Virus record (IMG/VR): IMGVR_UViG_3300009183_006007
Coordinates: 1 to 64,000 of that record
Reading direction: 5' to 3' (one strand)
DNA length: 64,000 nucleotides
DNA from: a virus
The notes beneath the pieces are model-generated. The model was not told the DNA's origin. It saw only the letters and a list, made by a program, of their open reading frames with translations, and searched no databases. Within the stretch, counting starts at the first letter, position 1. Each line of letters opens with the position of its first letter. Made by a program: the position numbers and the translations under genes. This document shows, piece by piece, positions 39,418 through 49,838 of the stretch.

Positions 39418-40383
39418 ATGGCAAATGAATTTGACGATTTATTTAATGGTAGTCTAGATACAAAGATGGACTTCCTTAATGATCAAAAAGCAGTAAACAA
39501 TGACGGTATTTACCGTGTAGATCTTTCTAAAGTGAAAGACAAAAAAAGAGGTTGGAGATCTGTAGTAAGATTAATTCCTAACTTAACTAAAGATGGTAAA
39601 GTAGGACAATCAGCTATTGAGAAAATCACTCACTATGTTGATATTAAACAACCAAGAGAATTAGCAGGTTGGTTCGACTCACCAAAGAATTTCAACGAGA
39701 AATGTCCTTTGACTGATTTGTATTACACAATGCAGAATTCAAAAAATGCAATCTTAATCGAGAAATCAAAACAATTAAAATATTCTAAGAAATATTACTC
39801 TTATGTATTGGTTCTAGAAGACGAACAACAACCAGAATTAGTTGGTAAGATTTTAATCTTCCAATACGGTAAAACTATTAAAGATAAAATCATGGCTGAA
39901 AAGAATGGTGAAATCTCTGGAGTTGGTTGTAACGTATTTGATTTAGCAGCTGGTAAAGATTTCGTTTTAGTTGTTAAAGAAATTCAAACAGGTGACGAAA
40001 CATATCCTGATTACAAAATGAGTATGTTCAAACCAGAAGTATCTTCTTTACCTATCTATTTCAAAGAGAAACAAGCTTTCAAAAACGCACCTCTTAACGA
40101 TGGTAAAATTGAAGCTTCAGTTCAAGGTAAAATTAGAGAGTTCTTATTAGACCGTGAACACGACTTAGAAGAATTTTCACCAAAACATCTTGATGAAAAA
40201 CAACAAGCTAAAATCACAGAAATTACAAACTTCTTAACTGGTAAAGCTTCTTCTTCATTCTCTGGAGCAAAAGAATCAAAACCAACTTCTAGTGACTTTG
40301 AATTTGAAGATAACTTCACAAAAGAAGCATCTACAACAACAAGTGAGTCTGAAGATGAAGACGATTTCTTTTCTGGGTTGTAA
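39418..40383 (+). CDS. Single-stranded DNA-binding protein (T4 gp32-like)
   Basis: VRLIP, KCP, YYSYVLV..D...PELVGKI.IFQYGKTI, GKDF.L; acidic C-terminus DEDDFFSGL. Confidence 0.82.
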   Translation: MANEFDDLFNGSLDTKMDFLNDQKAVNNDGIYRVDLSKVKDKKRGWRSVVRLIPNLTKDGKVGQSAIEKITHYVDIKQPRELAGWFDSPKNFNEKCPLTDLYYTMQNSKNAILIEKSKQLKYSKKYYSYVLVLEDEQQPELVGKILIFQYGKTIKDKIMAEKNGEISGVGCNVFDLAAGKDFVLVVKEIQTGDETYPDYKMSMFKPEVSSLPIYFKEKQAFKNAPLNDGKIEASVQGKIREFLLDREHDLEEFSPKHLDEKQQAKITEITNFLTGKASSSFSGAKESKPTSSDFEFEDNFTKEASTTTSESEDEDDFFSGL

Positions 40384-40408
40384 AATTCTTATAATAAATT
40401 AATTACAA

Positions 40409-40447
40409 AATAAGAGTTCTTTTTTCAGGGAACTCTTATTTTTTTTT
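40409..40447 (+). terminator. Intrinsic terminator
   Basis: AATAAGAGTTC...GAACTCTTATT followed by a T tract. Confidence 0.75.
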
Positions 40448-40458
40448 ATATATACTTT

Positions 40459-41100
40459 ATGATAAAGATATGTATAAAATGCAAGAAGGAAAAAGAGTTG
40501 GAACTTTTTGTAAAAGCTAAAAACTCTTGTAAAGAATGTGAGAAGGAATATAAGAGAAATCACAGAGAAAAAAATAAAGAAAAAATAAAAGAAAGTGCTT
40601 CTAAATATTATGAGAGTAATAAAGATTCTATCTTAGAAAGAGTTGCTAATAATTATTCCAACAACAAAGAGAAAAAACTTAAGTATCAAAAGGAATATGC
40701 ATCCTTAAATAAAGAGAAGATTTCTGCTTACAAGATGGAATATCAGAGAAATAGAAGACTTAGTGATCCTGTTTACAAATTGAAATATGTTGTTGGTCGT
40801 TTAATAAGAAACTCACTTAAATGTAAGGGGTTATCTAAAAATAAACGTTCTAAAGACATTTTGGGATGTTCTATAGAATTTTTTAAAGTTTATATAGAAG
40901 AGAAGTTTATAGATGATATGTCTTGGGATAATTATGGTACTAATTGGGATATAGACCATAAAATACCATTAGCAACTGCAATAACAGAGGAAGATGTATT
41001 AAAATTAAATCACTATACAAATCTACAACCATTGGATTCATACATAAATAGAAATGTTAAACGTGATAAAGTAGATTTCTATAAAACTTTTAATAAATAA
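40459..41100 (+). mobile_element. Free-standing HNH (homing) endonuclease
   Basis: CxxC Zn pairs; LGCS, MSWDNYG, WDIDHKIPL, NHYTNLQPL. Confidence 0.75.
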
Positions 41101-41138
41101 AAAATATAATCAATAGATATAAAAATAAAAACAAAGAG

Positions 41139-42068
41139 ATGAGTCTTAAAGATAAAATATTTAAAAATAATAAAACTGGAGAAGTTGTAAAAGTTATCGA
41201 TTCGTTTGAAAACATTGCTATTCTTGAAAATAGAGATAAAGCTGATGTTAGTAGACTTATGAATCCGGAATTTTATACCGAACAAATAGATCCATCAACT
41301 TTCTTTAATAACCAAGGTTCTTATAACTTACTAGCAGATAAAATTAAAAATATACCAGCTGATAAAATCAGAGATGATGAAGGTGGAGAAGTTATGATTA
41401 ATATAGATGGTAATAATTCATCAAGTTCTGTTAGACCATCTACTGATGAAAGTGCTATAGTTATGGTATCTGAAGAAGATGAAAGAGCTGAGTTAGCTAG
41501 AAAGTATAATGTTGATACCTCTCAAAATGAGGTTGCTAAACAAAATCAAGCCTTTGCTAAACTATTAGGTGAAGAAGAGGAAGTTCAAACTATTGAAGTA
41601 AATAGAGAACAACCTCAACCAGTTCAACAAAGACCTCAGGTTCAATCACAACCTATTCAACCAGTTGCTCAAGTAGAAGATCCTATTATTACAATGTTTA
41701 AGAATGTTAAAAGAATAAAAGATTTTTCAATATCTCTTGAAATAAAAAATAAAATTCCAAGACCTGACTTTATTGAAATGATGGAAGATTCATATAATAC
41801 AAGTATTATTGATTTCCTGGCATCTGAATTTACAGATAACTTACTTAGAAATCCACAAATCATAGAAGATATGATTAGACAGAAGATTAAAGAGGTTGTT
41901 TACGGTGCTGAAGTTGGAGTTAAAGATGTTAATCCACAGATTACTGATTCAGTTACTCAGGTTGAACACGAACCTCTTAGTATTGAAAAGGAACCTGTTT
42001 TATCAAAAGACCTTCCTAAAAAAACAACTACTAGAAAACCTAGAGCTAAAAAAGAAGTTTCTAAATAA
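41139..42068 (+). CDS. Hypothetical protein
   Basis: 309-aa ORF; AAACTT-N15-TATAA at 41084-41109. Confidence 0.7.
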   Translation: MSLKDKIFKNNKTGEVVKVIDSFENIAILENRDKADVSRLMNPEFYTEQIDPSTFFNNQGSYNLLADKIKNIPADKIRDDEGGEVMINIDGNNSSSSVRPSTDESAIVMVSEEDERAELARKYNVDTSQNEVAKQNQAFAKLLGEEEEVQTIEVNREQPQPVQQRPQVQSQPIQPVAQVEDPIITMFKNVKRIKDFSISLEIKNKIPRPDFIEMMEDSYNTSIIDFLASEFTDNLLRNPQIIEDMIRQKIKEVVYGAEVGVKDVNPQITDSVTQVEHEPLSIEKEPVLSKDLPKKTTTRKPRAKKEVSK

Positions 42069-42463
42069 TGATTGATGAAAAATATCTAAAAGTAGCTATA
42101 AATATAAGAAGAACATATTTAAAACTAATTAATAATCTAGATTTATATAAAAAAATAGCAGACTCAATTTCTAAAAAATTAATCGAGACAGTAAAAGATA
42201 TTGAAGATATCGAAAAAGATTACATTGATAAAAAAATTAATGATGAGCAATCTTTACAAAAAGCTTTATCTATTTTAAGTAGTGTTGAGAAAGAAGGTAA
42301 AAGATTGGAAGAAGCTATAGATCCAATAAATATAGAGATAGAAAAATTAGCAAAAGAAGAACAAGAATTATTTCGACAAATAGTTGAACGACATTCTAAC
42401 TTATCACAAGACCAAATAGTCTCAATAGTAAGAGATAGATTAATAAAAGAGGGACTTTCTTAA
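42068..42463 (+). CDS. Coiled-coil hypothetical protein
   Basis: TAATG overlap. Confidence 0.65.
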   Translation: MIDEKYLKVAINIRRTYLKLINNLDLYKKIADSISKKLIETVKDIEDIEKDYIDKKINDEQSLQKALSILSSVEKEGKRLEEAIDPINIEIEKLAKEEQELFRQIVERHSNLSQDQIVSIVRDRLIKEGLS

Positions 42464-42513
42464 TAAGAAGGTTTCTTTTTTTTATATATAATTCAAAAGA
42501 TTCTATCTCATAA

Positions 42514-44475
42514 ATGGCAAAAATTTCCAAATATATTAAACTGGACAAGAATATTCTTTTAGAATATATTTATAATGAAGGTAACTTACTTAGCGAACCA
42601 TATAACATACTTGTAGATTCTAGAGATAGAAGACAATCATATATGGCTGCTGGTGATTCAGCAACCGGAAATGGCGTAGGTAATCAATTATTTAAAGTTG
42701 ATAGTGTATCTGGTAAATATGCTAAAGTAAATCCAGACTATTATTCATTTTTACAAGTTAAAGATTACACATCAGGAACCCCAGTTAGACACGATACTTT
42801 AAAGTTTCACTTACCTATTAACTGGACATTTGGAGAGTATTTAGGATTCTATGTTAGAATCTATGGATTCGATACATCAAATACAAGAATATATGACTTA
42901 TGTAACTTTTACTTTGATATGACTGATATTAGTCAACAATATTTATTGAACTTTACATCACCACCTCTTTTATTTCAAGAAAAATTATGGGGTAAAAATG
43001 TTCAAATTGATATACCTGCATTAAATGATTTATCATCACAGAGAGTAAATAACTCACCTAAAGAGAATAGTATAAATGCTAACTTAACAGGAGGTGTTGG
43101 GTTAAATATGACTTCTCCCGTTTTTATAGATTTTCATTTTGTTAAAAATATTCAGACTATAAATGCAGTTACTAGTTATTTATTAACACCTAAGGTAACA
43201 TCAACAATACCACAAACTCCAGAGTTTGAAAGACTAGGACTTGTAATTCAACATTCTCCAAATGGTGACTTCTTTGAAATATTTGGAACCTATAATAATA
43301 CGATTTCAGGATTTAATCAATTTATAGATGAGTCTTATAATATTGGTCATAGATACTATGTTCAATATAATGTAACAATGTATGAGCAAAATATTAGAGG
43401 TAAGACTACAACAGTTACTCAACATGAGAATTTTAATGAAACAGTTGAATACAGACCTATTATAAAATATTCAACAACAACAGCTATAATTGATGTAGAG
43501 ATGAGATTAATAGATGCTGTTGATGATTCTTATATTTTAAGAAGAGCTTCTTATGGTATGTTACAGGATGAAGTTGCTAAGTATTCATTAAGAATGATGA
43601 AGATTAATTTAGTAAATGCTTCTAAACCAAAGATTTATAATATTAAAGCTAGTATTGATCCGTCACTAGTTGGATTCTCAAACTCAATGGGTAGAATAAC
43701 AAAACCAATTTCTCAGTCAAAAGCTGTGAGTGGTATTATCGCAGGTGGTGGGAATGGTTCAAATGGAAATGGAACAGGAAATGGAACAGGAAATGGAACA
43801 GGAAATGGGTCAGGATCATCTAATGTTACTATTCAAACTGTTAAGGTTCCTTTCCCGGTTCTTACTGAGAAATTTAATATTATAGGTAAGTCGGATAACG
43901 CAATTGTTAATAAAACAACTTTCTTTGGACTAGGCAAAATAACTATAGTAATATATCCATTTGATAATGTTATCAAATTTGTATTGGCTGATGGAACACC
44001 AACAACTCCAAACTATCTTAATATGACAGGGTTAGGTGAGATAAGATTAGTATTTAAAAATACAACTGATATTGTTGAAATACCATTATATTCAGAAACT
44101 GAAATAAATTTAGAGATAGGTCAAATTGCATTTAAAATAACAGAAAGTAAAATATCAACTTTAAGAAAAATAGAAAACTCAGGAATTAACATATTCTATA
44201 TAACTGCAACTAATCAAGGGTTATCAACTGCTATCTATACAGGATTGTATAAATTATATGATAGTATAAATAATGCTAGTCAACTTAATGCTGAAGCTCC
44301 TTCAAGTAGCTCGAATCCAAGTATTATTAAAGATCCTAATTTACCATCAGAAACTGCAATAGTTACTAGAAGAAAAATAGGAACTGAAAGCAAGCCTGTT
44401 GTTAAACCAGGTTCTATTTCAAGTTCTGTTAAAAATACAATTAGTACAGCCATTAATAAAAATAATAATTTATAA
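42514..44475 (+). CDS. Probable virion structural protein
   Basis: Behind TATATATA (42483); beta-rich; GNGT linker. Confidence 0.5.
   Translation: MAKISKYIKLDKNILLEYIYNEGNLLSEPYNILVDSRDRRQSYMAAGDSATGNGVGNQLFKVDSVSGKYAKVNPDYYSFLQVKDYTSGTPVRHDTLKFHLPINWTFGEYLGFYVRIYGFDTSNTRIYDLCNFYFDMTDISQQYLLNFTSPPLLFQEKLWGKNVQIDIPALNDLSSQRVNNSPKENSINANLTGGVGLNMTSPVFIDFHFVKNIQTINAVTSYLLTPKVTSTIPQTPEFERLGLVIQHSPNGDFFEIFGTYNNTISGFNQFIDESYNIGHRYYVQYNVTMYEQNIRGKTTTVTQHENFNETVEYRPIIKYSTTTAIIDVEMRLIDAVDDSYILRRASYGMLQDEVAKYSLRMMKINLVNASKPKIYNIKASIDPSLVGFSNSMGRITKPISQSKAVSGIIAGGGNGSNGNGTGNGTGNGTGNGSGSSNVTIQTVKVPFPVLTEKFNIIGKSDNAIVNKTTFFGLGKITIVIYPFDNVIKFVLADGTPTTPNYLNMTGLGEIRLVFKNTTDIVEIPLYSETEINLEIGQIAFKITESKISTLRKIENSGINIFYITATNQGLSTAIYTGLYKLYDSINNASQLNAEAPSSSSNPSIIKDPNLPSETAIVTRRKIGTESKPVVKPGSISSSVKNTISTAINKNNNL
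43765..43808 (+). repeat. In-frame tandem repeat (GGAAATGGAACA)x3.7, encoding GNGT
   Basis: Seen directly. Confidence 0.9.
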
Positions 44476-45074
44476 TGAGATTAAGTAGTCAGGGTAGTCA
44501 GTTCGTTTTTAATCTTCCAAGTGATTTTCTCAAACCAGAGGTACTTGCAACATATACTCCAATTTTAGAAAAGAATTGGGTTCAATATGAGAATGTTATA
44601 GATTATATTAATTCGACAATTAAGTCGGTTAATTTCCCAGGTATCTCATTTGATATGCCTAAACAAACATTAATCAGAGGTAAGGAAAGACAATACAAAC
44701 CAGCAAAGAATGTTCAGGATATCACAACTACACACGATTTAACAATTACTTTTAGATCAGTAGATTCTGATTTAAATTATTGGTTAGTTTTTGATATTAT
44801 TAATAAACATTATTTAGATGTTGAAAACTCATTTGTATTTCCATTTACAATTACTTGTGTTGATATACATAGAGATGGTATTTATGTTATTAGATTTTAT
44901 GAAATTATATTAAAATCATTATCTGAGAATAACTTTAATTACTCTCAACAAAAGGTGAGCTCTAAAGAATTCACAATGACATTTCATTTTAACTTCTATG
45001 ATATTGAATTCTTACTTAATAGAAGTAAGATATTGGAATTGGGCACATTACCAATAATTATTCAGAAGCTCTAA
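44475..45074 (+). CDS. Tail-tube/baseplate-fold protein (gp19/gp54-like)
   Basis: IKSVNFPGIS, LTITFRSVD..LNYW, FTMTFHF pattern. Confidence 0.5.
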   Translation: MRLSSQGSQFVFNLPSDFLKPEVLATYTPILEKNWVQYENVIDYINSTIKSVNFPGISFDMPKQTLIRGKERQYKPAKNVQDITTTHDLTITFRSVDSDLNYWLVFDIINKHYLDVENSFVFPFTITCVDIHRDGIYVIRFYEIILKSLSENNFNYSQQKVSSKEFTMTFHFNFYDIEFLLNRSKILELGTLPIIIQKL

Positions 45075-45282
45075 ATATTTTATTAATAGAGTTCTTTCTT
45101 CTTTTATTTCTTGATTCTAATCCTAAGCTTTTTAGAATTTCCATGTCAATAGATTTTGATAATTCATCTGATAACATTTTACTCAGTTCATCAACAACAT
45201 CAAGTCCATAATGTTCACTTAATTTATCTGCTTCCGAATTTGAGTAGATTTCACCACCGGATCCTGTTTTAATTTGATTCAT
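45058..45282 (-). CDS. Mini-protein: major-capsid-like segment plus C-terminal tag
   Basis: HYGLDVVDELSKMLSDELSKSIDMEIL; ends RRKNSINKIFRASE. Confidence 0.65.
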   Translation of the reverse strand: MNQIKTGSGGEIYSNSEADKLSEHYGLDVVDELSKMLSDELSKSIDMEILKSLGLESRNKRRKNSINKIFRASE

Positions 45283-46375
45283 TTGATAGTTCTTTTTTTA
45301 CTCTACTTAGAGATGATCCAATTATCTGATGCATGTCATAATATTTATACTCAGATAATCTACCTCCAAATATTATATTTGGATACTGTTCACTTAATTT
45401 TTTATATTGGTTATAAATTTTATTATTTTTATCATCATTTATTGGATAAAATGGAACACAACTTCTATTATAATCTAAAGGATATTCTTTTGTTATCCAA
45501 GTAACATTTGATTTTGAATTTTCAAAATGTTTATGTTCTGTAATTCTTGTATATGGTACTTCCTCTGATGTATAATTTACAATTGAACATCCTTGAAAAT
45601 CTTCTTTATCTAATTTCTCATTAATAAATCTAAGAGATCTATATTCCAATTCACCAAATTGATAGTCAAAAAACTCATCAATCTTACCAGTGAATACTAT
45701 TTTTTTAGCCATAGAATTAAAATATTCTTTATTAGAGAAATAATTATTACTTAATCTAACTTCAATCCCTTCAAGTAGTTTTTCAAATATTTTTGTATAT
45801 CCACCAATCGGTATACCCTGATATTTATCAAAGAAGTAATTATCATCAAAGTTAGTTCTGATAGGTAGTCTTTTAATAATTGAAGATGGTAAATTCTTAG
45901 GATGTTTACCCCATTGTTTTTTAGTATATCCTTTTATAAATATTTCATAAATATCTCTACCAACTTGTGATAATATCCAATCTTCAAGATTATAAGGACT
46001 TTCACAAGGAATTGAAACTTCTTTAAGTTTTTCTTTTGCTTCTTCAGGTGTATTAACACCCCATATCTGATTTAGAGTTAAAAGATTAATAGGAAATGAA
46101 TATACTTTATCTTCAAATTTAACCTTTGGGTTGTGTTTATAAGGATGGAATTCACAAAATTGATTTATCCAATTCCATATTACTTTATCATTTGTATGAA
46201 AAATATGAGGACCATAAGTATGTATGTTTATATTATCCTTTTCTTCTGTATAGCAGTTACCAGCAATATGGTCTCTACCTTCAATAACTAAACATTTTTT
46301 ACCTAACTTATTCATCTCATAAGCAAATGTTGATCCAAATAATCCAGATCCAACTATTAAATAATCATACATCAT
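45269..46375 (-). CDS. glf: UDP-galactopyranose mutase
   Basis: IVGSGLFG, HIAGNCY, YGPHIFHT, YQGIP, GRLSEYKYYDM. Confidence 0.95.
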   Translation of the reverse strand: MMYDYLIVGSGLFGSTFAYEMNKLGKKCLVIEGRDHIAGNCYTEEKDNINIHTYGPHIFHTNDKVIWNWINQFCEFHPYKHNPKVKFEDKVYSFPINLLTLNQIWGVNTPEEAKEKLKEVSIPCESPYNLEDWILSQVGRDIYEIFIKGYTKKQWGKHPKNLPSSIIKRLPIRTNFDDNYFFDKYQGIPIGGYTKIFEKLLEGIEVRLSNNYFSNKEYFNSMAKKIVFTGKIDEFFDYQFGELEYRSLRFINEKLDKEDFQGCSIVNYTSEEVPYTRITEHKHFENSKSNVTWITKEYPLDYNRSCVPFYPINDDKNNKIYNQYKKLSEQYPNIIFGGRLSEYKYYDMHQIIGSSLSRVKKELSNESN

Positions 46376-46982
46376 ATTTTGTTTTAAAATTTTTATTGAA
46401 TAGGTATGTCCAAACTCTCTCCATTACCCAAGGCATTTTATTACCTTGAGTACCACCACCTCCACCGGTGTTAATGTTATCAATATCTGTTCTATCAAAT
46501 TCTTTTAATAAGTCTTCATAGAATTCTTTTTTTCTTCTTAAAATTGCTGACTTTTTAACAATAAACTGAGCACCTACAACAAATACTAAATACTCTGGAT
46601 AATTATTAAAAAACTTATCAAATATTATTTCTCTAACTTCCAACTTTGGATGGTGAGGATTACCATCTAAATCACATTGTAATAAATAACTTAAAGGGTA
46701 AAATTCAACATCTTCATTAAAATTTTGAATAAAGTCAGTATCTTTATTCAAATGTCCTTTTACACCATCGAATGGGTTTCCTTGTAAAAAACAAGTATAA
46801 TCAGATAGATTATCATAATTTTCTATTATATGTGTTAGGTATGTATGTGCTTCTCTTCCAAAATTTGGTAAGTTTATAAAACCATTATCTTCACCACTTT
46901 TATCGTATATAAATAACCTAGACTTATCAAACTTGGATACCCAAGACATATCTTCTTTATATTTAGCAACTACTATATCCAC
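46365..46982 (-). CDS. DUF3431-like glycan-related protein
   Basis: VVAKYKED..W, LPNFGREAHTYL, FLQGNPF, GAQFIV, MERVW. Confidence 0.75.
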   Translation of the reverse strand: MDIVVAKYKEDMSWVSKFDKSRLFIYDKSGEDNGFINLPNFGREAHTYLTHIIENYDNLSDYTCFLQGNPFDGVKGHLNKDTDFIQNFNEDVEFYPLSYLLQCDLDGNPHHPKLEVREIIFDKFFNNYPEYLVFVVGAQFIVKKSAILRRKKEFYEDLLKEFDRTDIDNINTGGGGGTQGNKMPWVMERVWTYLFNKNFKTKYDV

Positions 46983-46993
46983 TTTTCCACAAA

Positions 46994-47680
46994 TTATTTT
47001 TTTTCATATAACTCTTTAGGATAACTTTGTTGATAGTGATCCACATTTGAACGCCAAGCATTATGATATTTAGCATCCGGTAATTGACAAAGCCACATCT
47101 CAGCCATCATCCTCCATCTCACACAATCACTATCAGGTAACCAATTATAGGGACTTGGTAGATTCTTAATGTGAGAAGATTTACTCCACCAGAAGTTACC
47201 ACTATAATGAACAGGAGCTTTTCCATAACCCCACCAAGATGGATGTGAGTTTATGTCATCAGGATTACCACCTAAATTAACACCTGAGGTATCATTAGAT
47301 TCTAAATCTTTAACTCTATCACTCCACTTATTAATATTAAAGTATGATAAGTAATTAGTCCAGTCTTCTATTGTTTTAACACCCGGTTTAGTTACTCCTT
47401 TTGTGTGTAGATATAAAATATCAAATTCTTCATTTTTTGAATGTTCATGTATGATATCCAATGTGGGAAATTCACATTTAGATATATCTGAGTTAGAATC
47501 AATTATAACATATTTCTCACTAACTAGATTAAATGATAACAGGCTTCTATCACCATTAAAAACTAAATATATCTTATTAGCAGAATCATATAAACCACTT
47601 TGTTTAATTCTTGTTAATAAGTTCCAAAGAACTTGATTAACACTTCCAACCATTGATACATTTATATAAATATTAATCAT
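46994..47680 (-). CDS. Glycosyltransferase-like protein (start likely 47680)
   Basis: LYLHTKG, HYSGNFWW, AEMWL. Confidence 0.6.
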   Translation of the reverse strand: MINIYINVSMVGSVNQVLWNLLTRIKQSGLYDSANKIYLVFNGDRSLLSFNLVSEKYVIIDSNSDISKCEFPTLDIIHEHSKNEEFDILYLHTKGVTKPGVKTIEDWTNYLSYFNINKWSDRVKDLESNDTSGVNLGGNPDDINSHPSWWGYGKAPVHYSGNFWWSKSSHIKNLPSPYNWLPDSDCVRWRMMAEMWLCQLPDAKYHNAWRSNVDHYQQSYPKELYEKK

Positions 47681-48443
47681 TCTCTGTAATATATTTCTCA
47701 ACTCTATTATATCTCTCAATATTCGGTAGACCCCAAACATCCATATCGGAATTCCATTGTCTAGTATACCACATATGTATTCCAATATCTTCAGAATCTT
47801 CAGTTAATCTTGGATTTGTAGATTTAAATCTCTCATCAAAGTGTGGGTATAGATAATCAAATTTACAACCTAAATCTTTCATTAACCATAAAAATGCATA
47901 ATATGGTTCTTGTTCTGATTCAAAATTTGAATCAGCAAACTTTCTATGATTATATACAAAATCATTTTTATACTCTTCTTTAAATTTCAAATTTGCATTA
48001 TTAAACCATAAATAATTTTTACCATCATAGGTTCCTAATTGATATTTCAGACTCTTTAAGTCTATATTTATTCTTTTTATATCAGAGACTCTACCACACA
48101 TAAAAAATGTATTAATAGCAACTCCATTAGCTCCTCTGAAATGATGGTATCCATCAGAGCATCCAATTAAGTCTATATTATTAGACTCCATTGAATTAAT
48201 AACTTTTAAAACTTCATCCTTACTTGTTATGAAGAAGTCTTCGTCTATGTGTATGTAATATTTTTTATTTGATTTTTTAACCTCATCTATCCAATAAAAC
48301 CAAGAGTTGGGCCAATTTCCACTACCATTAACTATTATATGTTGGCTTTCTGGGAATAAATTTTTAATTATACCAGATTGGTGTTCTAACCATTTTGTAT
48401 ATAAAGTGGTTGTTACAAAAACTATATCTTTATCTTTTATCAT
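47673..48443 (-). CDS. GT-A-like protein
   Basis: YIHIDEDFF; lies in the glycan cluster. Confidence 0.5.
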   Translation of the reverse strand: MIKDKDIVFVTTTLYTKWLEHQSGIIKNLFPESQHIIVNGSGNWPNSWFYWIDEVKKSNKKYYIHIDEDFFITSKDEVLKVINSMESNNIDLIGCSDGYHHFRGANGVAINTFFMCGRVSDIKRINIDLKSLKYQLGTYDGKNYLWFNNANLKFKEEYKNDFVYNHRKFADSNFESEQEPYYAFLWLMKDLGCKFDYLYPHFDERFKSTNPRLTEDSEDIGIHMWYTRQWNSDMDVWGLPNIERYNRVEKYITEND

Positions 48444-49231
48444 ATTTTTATCCAGTTACTTGGTAATATATCACTTTCATTTAGATTAGTTTGAAATCCA
48501 AACCAATTATTAGGAGCAATAACCTTTTTATTTGGATTCGAGTTTAACCAAGCACCCCACCAACTAAATGATGAGTTTGCTATTATATTATTCTTACACA
48601 TTGACATAAGCCAAAGGTCTTCAACATCATCAAATCCTTCCATAAATATCATATTATTAAATGTTAGATTGTCTTTACACCATTGAATATCATCTGAGAA
48701 TACAAATATGTAATCATACTCTCCAATAATATCTAATGCTTTTTTATAATACTCAATGGATTGAACTGGATGATACCCATTTGATGTTACATAGTCTGTT
48801 CTTCTAACATGAAGTGAAACTACATTTGTATCTATAAAGGGTGTTAGGTTTAACTTTTTTAATATCTCATCAGAAGGAGATAAATCTTTTCTTATCAAAT
48901 CAGATGATTCTAAAAAGTATTTTTCAGATTGCCAATATCCATCTAAGTAATAATTATAATTATTATCATAACTCAACTCATTAAATTTAAAATTATCACT
49001 TAGTTTTTGAAAGTTTTTGCCATTTGATAAATTAGATGGATTGAATGCTGATGTATTAATATTAGGAAACTTGGATAATGAATAGTTTCTTTTTGTAGTT
49101 CCTGGTATATGTTGATTATAAAAACTCAAATCAATGTATAATTCAACATTATATTTATTTGATAGATTTCTACCATAAGCCCATTGGAATAACTGGTTTG
49201 CTAATCCACCTTGTAATTTAGTTATTATCAT
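48440..49231 (-). CDS. Alpha-1,2-fucosyltransferase (GT11)
   Basis: GGLANQLFQ, GYWQSEKYF, HVRRTDY, FSDD, IANSSFSWW. Confidence 0.93.
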   Translation of the reverse strand: MIITKLQGGLANQLFQWAYGRNLSNKYNVELYIDLSFYNQHIPGTTKRNYSLSKFPNINTSAFNPSNLSNGKNFQKLSDNFKFNELSYDNNYNYYLDGYWQSEKYFLESSDLIRKDLSPSDEILKKLNLTPFIDTNVVSLHVRRTDYVTSNGYHPVQSIEYYKKALDIIGEYDYIFVFSDDIQWCKDNLTFNNMIFMEGFDDVEDLWLMSMCKNNIIANSSFSWWGAWLNSNPNKKVIAPNNWFGFQTNLNESDILPSNWIKI

Positions 49232-49236
49232 TTTAA

Positions 49237-49830
49237 TTAGTTAATTTTAGTAGCTATGCTATTATGTGGTGTATAACTTGTACCATTTGATACCTTATAT
49301 CCTAAATTTTCTAAAAAGTTAGACATATCTACTGCATCGATATGCATGTTCTCATAGTATATTTTACTAACATTAAAATTATCAAAGTCAATGCTTTTAA
49401 TGATTTTAGAATCAAATCCTTCAGCATCAATAAAAAGAATATCAATATTTTTTAACTCATACTTATTAAAGAGTTCATTTATTGTAGAACAATTAACTTC
49501 CATTTCTATCAATTGTACATCATATGGCTTATCGGATGTATATTCTGGTCTATTAAAAACTTTATTTATATGAGATTTTAACAGAGAAGCTTGTTCAACA
49601 TTTTCATCCATTTTTTCATGTAAGTAAAATACTTCACTTTTTTTATCTACATCATCTGTTATTGCTATATTTTCAATAGATAAATTATCTATATCTTCAT
49701 AACACTTCAAAAGACTTTCATTAAATTTACTCATAGGTTCTACTAATATAAGTTTACTAACAGAAATATCTTTTATTATACTTGTCAATTCATCATTTCC
49801 TCTATTTGCTCCAATTTGTACTACTATCAT
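49237..49830 (-). CDS. FkbM family methyltransferase (start likely 49830)
   Basis: QIGANRG, LVEP, IDAEGFD. Confidence 0.85.
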   Translation of the reverse strand: MIVVQIGANRGNDELTSIIKDISVSKLILVEPMSKFNESLLKCYEDIDNLSIENIAITDDVDKKSEVFYLHEKMDENVEQASLLKSHINKVFNRPEYTSDKPYDVQLIEMEVNCSTINELFNKYELKNIDILFIDAEGFDSKIIKSIDFDNFNVSKIYYENMHIDAVDMSNFLENLGYKVSNGTSYTPHNSIATKIN

Positions 49831-49838
49831 TTCTTTTA

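Noticed and set aside
40459-41100. HNH gene as part of an intron
   Set aside because: It lies between a terminator and the next promoter and interrupts no gene
43765-43808. 12-bp tandem repeat as a phase-variation switch
   Set aside because: The unit is in frame, so it only changes linker length
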